Source of the DNA: a virus | Taxonomy: Duplodnaviria; Heunggongvirae; Uroviricota; Caudoviricetes | Reading direction: 5' to 3' (one strand) | DNA length: 7,836 bases | IMG/VR virus record: IMGVR_UViG_2529293142_000019 | Coordinates: 1-7,836 of that record | Position numbers and translations under genes: made by a program | Part shown: in pieces, positions 1 to 5,589 of the stretch | Numbering within the stretch: position 1 is the first letter of the stretch | Layout: each line of letters begins with the position of its first letter | The notes under the pieces: model-generated | The model's database searches: none | Seen by the model: only the letters and a program-made list of their open reading frames with translations | Told to the model about the DNA's origin: nothing

Positions 1-1431
1 AGTAATATCATTGCCCAGCTCGTGGCGGTCTTGCTGAATGGCAATATCGCGGGTGATGGCCACGATGCTGTCGATTTCTTCTGGATGGGCAAAGACCATC
101 ATATGCCAGTGCACGGTGCCGTCATGGTGAGGCTCCACCGTGCGGATGCCATACCAGCGCAGGCCGTCGCGGTTCAGTTTCTTGCGGACCGCCGCAAAAA
201 ACGTGTTAACCAGGTAATCGCTGGAGTCGCGCATGGTGGCCCCGTTCCATTTGGGATTCGGATGACCGTTCTCTGTTGTGGCGTGGTATTTTGACGGGCA
301 GGTGACAGTCAGAAACACCGCTTTGTCGCCACGGGCTTCGGCCAGAAGTTCCAGTCCCTTCATGGTGGCCATCATTTCTGCCTTACGGTGAACCGGGTTA
401 CTTACTCCCGCGTAATACACTGTCTCGAGATCAATCGTGAAGCCGTCTTCGTTTTCCAGTTCGAAGCTCTTCAGGAAGTCGCGGGTTTTCTCGCGCTGTG
501 CGCGAAACTCGCTTAACGCGTCCTGGCTCAGATAGGGTGATGTTTTTCTGGAAACCAGACAGGCGGCGCGGAGTTGTTCTTCTCTCCACTCGCAACGTAA
601 CAGCCACAGTTTGCGTTTCCACCAGTCCGCACAGGTCAGGCGAAGGATTGCGCCCGGCAGCAGTTCCGTATCCGGTTCGCTCTTGTTCAGGGCTTCGTAA
701 TGTGGCGGCATGTTGTGCAGGCGTAATGCGATACGAGCCAGCATCCGGTAAGCCTTCAACATTACATCCATGGTCAGCTCGCCATCTCTGGCACCAAAGC
801 CATCGCAGAGTGTTTCGAAGGTGCTGCTGAACATCGCCGCGGTCATGGTGGCCAGCATCTGTATCTGGTGCTTGTTGAGCTGCGGCAGGTAAAGCAAATC
901 GTCCAGGCGTTCGCGCCCGGCAAGGGAGCGATAACCCGGTGTCAGCCAGCGTCCGTCAGTGCGATCCAGACGTTCGAATATTTTGCGCAGGGTTCCGCGT
1001 GCATAGCGTTCCGCCTGCCAGCTCTTTTTGCCTTTCTGGCGATCGGCTTCCTGTTTTTTGCGCAGGAAAGAGAGGTGGCGGCTCAGTGGTTCACGCAGAT
1101 AAACAGGTAGTGCCTTTAGTGTGGCAAAGGCACGGGCTACCGGGTCTTGTTCTGTTGCCCGGCGCTTACTGATGATGCTCTGTGCCAGCTTTTCACGCTG
1201 TCCGGCTTCCTCAAGGGATGCCATGAGTTTTTTACCCATGGCGGATTGTGCGAAAAAGGCTTCCTCCTTCGCTTCCTGTTCTTCCTGTTCTTCCTGTGCC
1301 CTTTTGTCCGCCTCAAGGTAGTAACGGATGGCGCGTTGCAGGTCGGTTTCAGTTTCCTGCCTGCGCTCCGTAAATCTGGCCGGATCAATGGCTGGCCGTG
1401 GTTCATTCCAGCTCCATGCAAACTCACTCAT
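1..1431 (-). CDS. Replication initiation endonuclease, P2 gpA-like (HUH rolling-circle Rep); partial, N-terminal ~477 aa, C-terminus lies beyond the left window edge
   Basis: Uninterrupted minus-strand reading frame from ATG at 1431-1429 to position 1 (my own translation; it is missing from the ORF track because no stop falls in the window). Translation begins MSEFAWSWNEPRPAIDPARF and contains GIRTVEPHHDGTVHWHMMVFAHPEE, a His-hydrophobic-His motif typical of HUH Rep endonucleases. The start overlaps the stop of the upstream ORF (ATGA at 1428-1431). Position next to a P2-type int/C/cox switch fits gene A. Confidence 0.8.
   Translation of the reverse strand, partial: MSEFAWSWNEPRPAIDPARFTERRQETETDLQRAIRYYLEADKRAQEEQEEQEAKEEAFFAQSAMGKKLMASLEEAGQREKLAQSIISKRRATEQDPVARAFATLKALPVYLREPLSRHLSFLRKKQEADRQKGKKSWQAERYARGTLRKIFERLDRTDGRWLTPGYRSLAGRERLDDLLYLPQLNKHQIQMLATMTAAMFSSTFETLCDGFGARDGELTMDVMLKAYRMLARIALRLHNMPPHYEALNKSEPDTELLPGAILRLTCADWWKRKLWLLRCEWREEQLRAACLVSRKTSPYLSQDALSEFRAQREKTRDFLKSFELENEDGFTIDLETVYYAGVSNPVHRKAEMMATMKGLELLAEARGDKAVFLTVTCPSKYHATTENGHPNPKWNGATMRDSSDYLVNTFFAAVRKKLNRDGLRWYGIRTVEPHHDGTVHWHMMVFAHPEEIDSIVAITRDIAIQQDRHELGNDIT
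1272..1298. repeat. In-frame 9-bp tandem repeat (cttcctgtt x2 plus cttcctgtg) inside the gpA-like gene
   Basis: Three adjacent near-identical 9-mers on the plus strand; on the minus strand they encode an acidic QEEQEEQE stretch near the gpA N-terminus. Confidence 0.6.
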
Positions 1432-1817
1432 GGCTGGTATCCCGTCACGCGCTGCCACTCCTGCGAGAAGATGGCGGAAAGGCGGTTAAATTCAGCGGTG
1501 TATTCACTCAGCGAGGCACACCCGCCAGCAGTGCGATGCGCCAGCATTGCCGCGAATACGGAGGCCGGGGAGTCGTAATACGCCAGCAGTGATTCGCCGT
1601 GCGGTGTCAGGCAGTGCAACGCCAGTCCGTGTGGTGTGAAGTCCACGCGGTAGCAGTCGTCTACTGTGAAATAAAGGGTATCCACATTCTCCGGTTTTGT
1701 AGTGCGTGCTCTGTTGTCACGACCACGGATGTAAAGATCAAATAATCCCTGAAGAACGGGAGCCAGACGGGTGTCCTGTGTGCGCACCCATCTTGTGAAG
1801 TCATGAGCGTCAATCAT
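1428..1817 (-). CDS. Hypothetical protein (129 aa), translationally coupled to the gpA-like gene
   Basis: ORF with ATG at 1817-1815; its stop TGA (1430-1428) overlaps the gpA ATG as ATGA. Sits in the position of the small ORFs that precede gene A in P2-like phages. No recognisable motif. Confidence 0.55.
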   Translation of the reverse strand: MIDAHDFTRWVRTQDTRLAPVLQGLFDLYIRGRDNRARTTKPENVDTLYFTVDDCYRVDFTPHGLALHCLTPHGESLLAYYDSPASVFAAMLAHRTAGGCASLSEYTAEFNRLSAIFSQEWQRVTGYQP

Positions 1818-1889
1818 GCTGCAATTCTCTTTACTACAGATGTGCGAAGGCCTCCCGCCGCAAGGTGCAGGAAAGGCCCGGAACAGGAA

Positions 1890-2120
1890 TTAATGGAGTT
1901 TGTTTTGCTGCTGGATGAGCTGCTGAAGCTCGCGCAGATCATCCGCCAGATAACTGAAAACAGCGGATGAGTAGAGGTTTGAAAGTTCGCAGCTACGCTC
2001 ATGCAGCATATTGATGTGCATGATTTTAGCGACGCGGAATGCGCGGGAAAGTCTGCGGTTGATTTCAGTCTGGATGTGACGACGCTCCGCGATAGCGCGG
2101 TGCTGTTTGCGGTTTGCCAT
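1890..2120 (-). CDS. Hypothetical small basic protein (76 aa), first gene after the structured non-coding segment
   Basis: ATG at 2120-2118 preceded by AAGAGG about 7 nt upstream (minus strand reads ACAACCAAAGAGGCCACACC-ATG). Translation MANRKQHRAIAERRHIQTEINRRLSRAF... is Arg/Lys/His-rich with helical-looking composition. An alternative 224-aa ORF in another frame across this region looks non-coding. Confidence 0.55.
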   Translation of the reverse strand: MANRKQHRAIAERRHIQTEINRRLSRAFRVAKIMHINMLHERSCELSNLYSSAVFSYLADDLRELQQLIQQQNKLH

Positions 2121-2130
2121 GGTGTGGCCT

Positions 2131-2175
2131 CTTTGGTTGTAAGTTTTGAAAACTCACCATCCAGAGCTGCGAAAC
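2131..2175 (-). promoter_or_regulatory. Box module X: boxA (CTTTGGTTGT, 2131-2140) and boxB (GCTGCGAAAC, 2166-2175) in the leader of the 76-aa ORF; boxA abuts the ribosome-binding site
   Basis: Both 10-mers recur in the same order at 2326-2351 (module Y) and as an inverted copy at 2198-2220 (module M). On the minus-strand RNA, boxA lies immediately 5' of the AGAGG Shine-Dalgarno of the 76-aa ORF. Confidence 0.35.
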
Positions 2176-2183
2176 TGTGGGTG

Positions 2184-2257
2184 GCGAGACGTACGGGGTT
2201 CGCAGTACCGGCAACCAAAGAACCCGGCCCGACCGAAGTCGGCCCCGTACGCCCCGC
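2184..2257 (-). ncRNA. Candidate ~70-nt structured RNA element carrying the inverted box module M, enclosed by a long-range stem; P4 CI-RNA-like by architecture only
   Basis: Perfect 9-bp inverted repeat cgtacgggg (2190-2198) / ccccgtacg (2243-2251), extendable by ggcgag/cccgcc with one G-U on the minus-strand RNA. It encloses a 5-bp hairpin with a UUCG tetraloop on the minus strand (2229-2242) and the inverted boxes at 2198-2220. No ORF with coding character covers it. Confidence 0.3.
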
Positions 2258-2297
2258 CATAATTCTGACGCGAAAAAAACGTGGCAATACAGTACGC

Positions 2298-2320
2298 ACA
2301 AAAAAACCGCTGGCGCGGTT
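2298..2320 (-). terminator. Putative intrinsic terminator on the minus strand (short GC hairpin followed by a U-tract)
   Basis: Plus strand 2305-2320 aaccgc-tggc-gcggtt forms a 6-bp stem with a 4-nt loop; on the minus strand it is followed directly by a T-run (plus-strand A-run 2300-2306). It lies immediately 3' of box module Y on the minus-strand RNA. The stem is short, so strength is uncertain. Confidence 0.35.
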
Positions 2321-2325
2321 GTGCG

Positions 2326-2351
2326 CTTTGGTTGTCAGCAGGCTGCGAAAC
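2326..2351 (-). promoter_or_regulatory. Box module Y: boxA (CTTTGGTTGT, 2326-2335) and boxB (GCTGCGAAAC, 2342-2351) separated by 6 nt
   Basis: Direct repeat of module X with a shorter spacer. Its reverse complement matches module M (2198-2220) over 9 + 7 nt with the same 6-nt spacer. Confidence 0.35.
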
Positions 2352-2456
2352 CCGGCACCCGTTTTATGAGGTGCAGCGAAAATGTAACCTGACTGATTGC
2401 GGCATGGCAAGCGGTTTTTTTGTGAGAACGGCATACTAAAAAATCCTGATACTGCT

Positions 2457-2481
2457 CCGGCCAGCGGTTTGCACTGGCCGG
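2457..2481 (-). other. Perfect 8-bp GC-rich inverted repeat 6 nt downstream of the SPFH gene stop; possible 3' stabilising hairpin or atypical terminator
   Basis: ccggccag (2457-2464) and ctggccgg (2474-2481) with a 9-nt loop. On the minus strand the nearest U-run starts about 14 nt after the stem, so it is not a canonical rho-independent terminator. Confidence 0.3.
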
Positions 2482-2487
2482 GTGTCA

Positions 2488-3318
2488 TTACTTCACGGGA
2501 ACGAACGGAACAGCGGTGTTACTGGTCATGTATTGCGGCAGCGTGCCGTTCCATTTGTTGATCGCTTCCAGCTCCATAACGCCGGGATTCTGGCGCAGAG
2601 CTTCGCCGCGTAAACGAATGGCGTCGGCTTCAGCCTGGGCTTTTGTGCGAATGGCATCGGCCTGTCCGGCAGCTTCTGCGCGCAACATGTTGGCTTCTGC
2701 TTCGCGTTGCTTGACTTCCTGTTCGCGTTGCAGGGTTTTCTGGTTTGCCGTGACTTTGGCGTTAATGCTGTCGATAACGGTTGGCGGATATTCCGGTTTA
2801 CCGACATAAGAGAGGCTCATGACCTGAATACCGATGGGGGTCATCTCTTCCTGAATATCTTTAAGTGCTGAATCCAGCAGTTCAGACTTACCACCGTCGA
2901 TAAACTTATCGGTGGTCATTTTGCTGGCCAGTCGGTTGAGTGCATCGGCGATCTTCTGGCGCAGGTCAGTGTCGGTAATGTCGTCCACGCCTTTGCGGTA
3001 GGTCTGAAACACTGTGGTCACTTTGGATGGATCAACCTTGTAGGCCACGCCGATGTGATAGCCGATGGTTGTGCCATCGCTCATCTGGAAACTGAACGGC
3101 TCATCGTAGGTCTTCATTTGTTTGAAGGTCGGGAAGATGTAAACCTCGGTATTCCAGCCAGTCCAGTAGCGGCCAACGCCAACCACTTCGCCGACGCCTT
3201 TGTCGTCGCCCAGCTTGTTGACTTTGATGCCCACATTACCTGGCTCAACGCGATCGCAACCAACCAACAGGATGGCCGCAAAAAGCGGGATAATCTGAAA
3301 GAGTTTGAGTTTCTTCAT
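2488..3318 (-). CDS. SPFH / band-7 (prohibitin-HflK/C-like) domain lipoprotein, 276 aa
   Basis: N-terminus MKKLKLFQIIPLFAAILLVGCDR has a signal peptide with lipobox LVGC. A central SPFH-like region is followed by an Ala/Glu/Arg/Gln-rich coiled-coil stretch (QREQEVKQREAEANMLRAEAAGQADAIRTKAQAEADAIRLRGEALRQ) typical of SPFH proteins. AAGGA lies about 9 nt upstream of the ATG; the start overlaps the upstream ORF stop as ATGA (3315-3318). Confidence 0.8.
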   Translation of the reverse strand: MKKLKLFQIIPLFAAILLVGCDRVEPGNVGIKVNKLGDDKGVGEVVGVGRYWTGWNTEVYIFPTFKQMKTYDEPFSFQMSDGTTIGYHIGVAYKVDPSKVTTVFQTYRKGVDDITDTDLRQKIADALNRLASKMTTDKFIDGGKSELLDSALKDIQEEMTPIGIQVMSLSYVGKPEYPPTVIDSINAKVTANQKTLQREQEVKQREAEANMLRAEAAGQADAIRTKAQAEADAIRLRGEALRQNPGVMELEAINKWNGTLPQYMTSNTAVPFVPVK

Positions 3319-3518
3319 TGTTTGATTTCCTTGATGTACTTACTGAAAAGGCGAACAACGCCTGCCGGGTACAGCATGGCAATGAAAATGCCCAGCAATA
3401 CCAGGAAGGAGCTGTCTGATGAAATCATTCGGGGGAGTAGTCCTGCATACAGAATGAGAGAGACGAGGACGCATACCAGCGCCCACATGTATGCGCGAAA
3501 CCAGGTCTTTTTGTTCAT
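3315..3518 (-). CDS. Small membrane protein (67 aa, two predicted TM helices), coupled partner of the SPFH lipoprotein
   Basis: Translation MNKKTWFRAYMWALVCVLVSLILYAGLLPRMISSDSSFLVLLGIFIAMLYPAGVV has two hydrophobic segments. ATGA overlaps at both ends (3515-3518 and 3315-3318); AAGAGAG-type Shine-Dalgarno upstream. Confidence 0.6.
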   Translation of the reverse strand: MNKKTWFRAYMWALVCVLVSLILYAGLLPRMISSDSSFLVLLGIFIAMLYPAGVVRLFSKYIKEIKQ

Positions 3519-3733
3519 GTTGATTGCTCTCTTTTGTTATTCAGGAAAAAGTCAAAAACGTTATCGATGCGCATCATAAGTTCGCGCTGCATCGCTTCTG
3601 GTGTTTCCGGTTCGCCAGGCGACCCCAGCGTTGCGCAGAAATCAGCGATCTCGTGTTGAATGAGTTCTTTCAGCGTCAGTAAGGAATTCATGTGTGTGCG
3701 GCGATGCCTGCGTGTGATTCGCCTTCTGCTCAT
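3515..3733 (-). CDS. Hypothetical protein (72 aa) with a highly basic N-terminus
   Basis: ATG at 3733 preceded by AGGAG about 8 nt upstream; its start overlaps the upstream stop as ATGA (3730-3733). Translation begins MSRRRITRRHRRTH. No recognisable motif. Confidence 0.5.
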   Translation of the reverse strand: MSRRRITRRHRRTHMNSLLTLKELIQHEIADFCATLGSPGEPETPEAMQRELMMRIDNVFDFFLNNKREQST

Positions 3734-3933
3734 TTACGCTGCTCCTGTACCTGTCGGATAAGGTTTACCCGCGCCACATTAGTGGCGCAGAAATAAGTGC
3801 CGTCAGTGAGGTAGATGTGGTGTGCATCCTTTTCCGAACGATGTTTGTCGATAGTGGTAATCAGGCGTTCGTCGACCTCGTATTCGCGCCCTCTGGAGGT
3901 AAAGCGAACGACGGGAAAATGCTTAATTGCCAT
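3730..3933 (-). CDS. Hypothetical protein (67 aa from the ATG at 3933; the track ORF extends to a TTG at 3954)
   Basis: ATG at 3933-3931 is preceded by a strong purine-rich Shine-Dalgarno (AAAAAAAGGGGGGCA-ATG on the minus strand). The stop overlaps the next ATG. Confidence 0.5.
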   Translation of the reverse strand: MAIKHFPVVRFTSRGREYEVDERLITTIDKHRSEKDAHHIYLTDGTYFCATNVARVNLIRQVQEQRK

Positions 3934-3959
3934 TGCCCCCCTTTTTTTGTCCAATAACC

Positions 3960-4313
3960 CTATGCGTTAAATACGGCACGTTGCGCGTCATCAATGAATA
4001 CAGCTTGAGAGCGTTCTATCAGGCGGAGATTTGTCAGAAGCTCTGACTCTTTTGTGTGGTAAGGCGTTATCAGGTATTTGCCGTGCAGTTCGGCAATAAT
4101 GGTGTATTGCAGCATCATTGCTGAACCAAGAATATAAATGCAGCGCCCAATGCTGGACGGATTCATGGCTGCAACTGTTGACTGTGTTTTAAGAGTGTCG
4201 ATTTCTTTGCTCTGTTCCTCAATAATTTTAGCTGCGTCAGCGGTGATTTTTGCAATGGTCAGTGCGTGAAGTGCTGCCATGTGTTGGCTATGGTTCATGG
4301 CATCTTTAGCCAT
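3960..4313 (-). CDS. Hypothetical protein (117 aa; alternative start at ATG 4298 giving 112 aa)
   Basis: ORF with ATG at 4313 (GGAAG about 5 nt upstream). The internal ATG at 4298 overlaps the stop of a possible 26-codon upstream micro-ORF as ATGA. No recognisable motif. Confidence 0.5.
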   Translation of the reverse strand: MAKDAMNHSQHMAALHALTIAKITADAAKIIEEQSKEIDTLKTQSTVAAMNPSSIGRCIYILGSAMMLQYTIIAELHGKYLITPYHTKESELLTNLRLIERSQAVFIDDAQRAVFNA

Positions 4314-4467
4314 CTGGTCTTCCGCTTCAGATATTTTTTTAATGTGTCGATGATGCCTTCTTCTTTTGCGTTCATTTTATATCTCCGCTATTTACGTGTG
4401 CGAATACCTCCGTTAATACGGATGGTTTTCACGTTTTCTTATTTAATTTGATGTTTTATTTGTATCG

Positions 4468-4692
4468 TTATTCATCAGAGAAAAAACGCTCGATCTTTTT
4501 CACTGAATGAATAATTCGCATAATTCCAATGGCACAGGCCACCGAAATAATCAGAACAAGCCATGAGATAATATACTCATGCGATATTCCCCAGCTTATA
4601 CGGTTCAATATGTTCCCCGCATTCTGCGGCACAGATAAGCTCGGAAAGCTCGTTAAGTGCATCCAGATCATCAGCGTAAAAAGCCACGTCAT
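4468..4692 (-). CDS. Possible small membrane protein (74 aa); overlaps the upstream ORF out of frame, start uncertain
   Basis: ATG at 4692 with GGAG about 5 nt upstream; the C-terminal half (YIISWLVLIISVACAIGIMRII) is strongly hydrophobic. It overlaps 4577-4692 of the 80-aa ORF in another frame, so one of the two may be spurious or they truly overlap. Confidence 0.3.
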   Translation of the reverse strand: MTWLFTLMIWMHLTSFPSLSVPQNAGNILNRISWGISHEYIISWLVLIISVACAIGIMRIIHSVKKIERFFSDE

Positions 4693-4819
4693 ACAGACTC
4701 CGGATTGCTCTGGTTAATGAGTCACGGGCTGCACGTTCAGCATGAGCGCCTGATGCACTTAAGCGAAAATAAAAACGCTCAAGTGCTTTGTTAATGAGAG
4801 TTTTATATTCTTTGCCCAT
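4577..4819 (-). CDS. Hypothetical protein (80 aa from ATG 4819; the track start at 4822 is a GTG)
   Basis: AAAGGG about 7 nt upstream of the ATG; it follows the upstream stop (TAA at 4831-4833) by a short gap. Translation MGKEYKTLINKALERFYFRL... has protein-like composition. Confidence 0.5.
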   Translation of the reverse strand: MGKEYKTLINKALERFYFRLSASGAHAERAARDSLTRAIRSLYDVAFYADDLDALNELSELICAAECGEHIEPYKLGNIA

Positions 4820-4830
4820 CACAACGCCCT

Positions 4831-5109
4831 TTAATCTGCTTTCTGAATTTCAGCTTCTGAATCCATACAAATAATTTCGATATAGGGTTCATCGCCATTA
4901 ACCTGACGTGCCTTTTCAGCTTCGCTAATGATTTCGCGTACGGTCTGGTACGGAAGTTCCACAAACAATCGCGTGCCGTTCAGATAAAGGTAAGTGGCCA
5001 CATCTTTTTCTGCCGGGACTACAGCATCAATAGCTGATGCGCGTAACAACAACTCACCGCGAAAATCAATAAAGCGGATAAATACACCTTGTGCATGGTC
5101 TTTAGTCAT
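4831..5109 (-). CDS. Hypothetical acidic protein (92 aa from ATG 5109; the track ORF extends to a TTG at 5169)
   Basis: ATG at 5109 preceded by AGGTG about 4 nt upstream and by the upstream stop (TAA-CAGGTGCTTT-ATG). Translation MTKDHAQGVFIRFIDFRGELLLRASAIDAVV... has an acidic C-terminus. Confidence 0.5.
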   Translation of the reverse strand: MTKDHAQGVFIRFIDFRGELLLRASAIDAVVPAEKDVATYLYLNGTRLFVELPYQTVREIISEAEKARQVNGDEPYIEIICMDSEAEIQKAD

Positions 5110-5119
5110 AAAGCACCTG

Positions 5120-5578
5120 TTATAAATCAGCTTGTTTAATAAAACTTTGCCCACGAAGCAGACGATCAACTGTGCGAAGTGCTTCGTATAATGTGAAATC
5201 CTGCCCGAACTGATTGTCGCCGCAGTTCAATGCAAAAATGCGGTTTCCGGTAAATGGATTGCGTGGGCATCTGTGAACTACGATTCCAGCTTTTTCAATC
5301 AGCCAAGTGTGTTCGCCAATTTGTTTTACTGTATGGCCATCTGGCGTTGCGTGCGTCTCGCTTAGGCTGTAGCGAGAGTTGCTACGTGATGCACTGGTAG
5401 TGAAGCGGTTAGCGTGGCGTTCTGCGCCGTTGCGGAAGCGCTGTTGTGAAGAATTGCGCTGTTGCTTCATGTCAAAAACTCCGTACCTGTTTACTTCCCC
5501 GGCATAACGCCCATTTTCAAAATAATTGCGGCGAAATCCCATGTTATTGGGTTCGCTGTTTCGCTGTTGCTTATTCAT
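5120..5578 (-). CDS. Hypothetical protein (152 aa from ATG 5578) with an N-terminal Asn/Gln/Arg/Ser-rich low-complexity region and a C-terminal globular-looking domain
   Basis: ATG at 5578 preceded by AGAGGCACAAAAA-ATG; it starts 11 nt after the stop of the upstream small membrane ORF. The C-terminal part (HTWLIEKAGIVVHRCPRNPFTGNRIFALNCGDNQFGQDFTLYEALRTVDRL) looks folded. The track start at 5605 is a TTG. Confidence 0.5.
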   Translation of the reverse strand: MNKQQRNSEPNNMGFRRNYFENGRYAGEVNRYGVFDMKQQRNSSQQRFRNGAERHANRFTTSASRSNSRYSLSETHATPDGHTVKQIGEHTWLIEKAGIVVHRCPRNPFTGNRIFALNCGDNQFGQDFTLYEALRTVDRLLRGQSFIKQADL

Positions 5579-5589
5579 TTTTTGTGCCT

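Noticed and set aside
431-1427. Minus-strand ORFs 431-622 and 1137-1427 (the latter a basic low-complexity 96-aa product)
   Set aside because: Out of frame within the gpA-like gene; composition typical of an off-frame translation of a GC-rich gene.
22-1592. Plus-strand ORFs 22-294, 498-830, 868-1110, 939-1172, 1121-1321, 1147-1578, 1398-1592
   Set aside because: All are antisense to the long gpA-like reading frame or to the 129-aa ORF, are short with Arg/Cys/Pro-rich composition, and lack convincing ribosome-binding sites.
2142-2154. Palindrome agtttt-g-aaaact just upstream of the 76-aa ORF ribosome-binding site
   Set aside because: Short, AT-rich 6-bp arms with a 1-nt spacer; too likely by chance to call an operator without comparative support.
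1890-2392. ORFs 2001-2369 (+), 2065-2301 (-), 2177-2392 (+)
   Set aside because: They overlap the structured non-coding region or lie antisense to the 76-aa ORF, have Arg/Pro-rich composition and no Shine-Dalgarno.
2396-2424. Plus-strand T-run (2414-2420) that might mark a plus-strand terminator or antisense RNA end
   Set aside because: Only a 4-bp stem (ttgc/gcaa) precedes the T-run and there is no plus-strand gene upstream to terminate.
2121-2487. Retron (msr/msd) hypothesis for the structured region
   Set aside because: Retrons need an adjacent reverse-transcriptase gene of roughly 300+ codons; no such ORF exists in the window on either side of the structured region.
2121-2487. tRNA or tmRNA-like gene in the structured region
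   Set aside because: No 7-bp acceptor stem with a matching T-arm (GTTC-type loop) and CCA context could be assembled; the GGTTCG at 2196-2201 is not flanked by a complementary 5-bp stem.
1814-2488. 224-aa minus-strand ORF whose ATG overlaps the SPFH stop (TAATG) and spans the whole structured segment
   Set aside because: The translation is Ser/Thr/Ala/Arg-rich with very few acidic residues, runs through hairpins and U-tracts, and overlaps the better-supported 76-aa ORF out of frame. It looks like a chance open frame in GC-rich non-coding DNA.
2516-3579. ORFs 2516-2809 (+), 2526-2807 (-), 3055-3579 (+)
   Set aside because: Antisense or out of frame within the well-supported SPFH and neighbouring genes.
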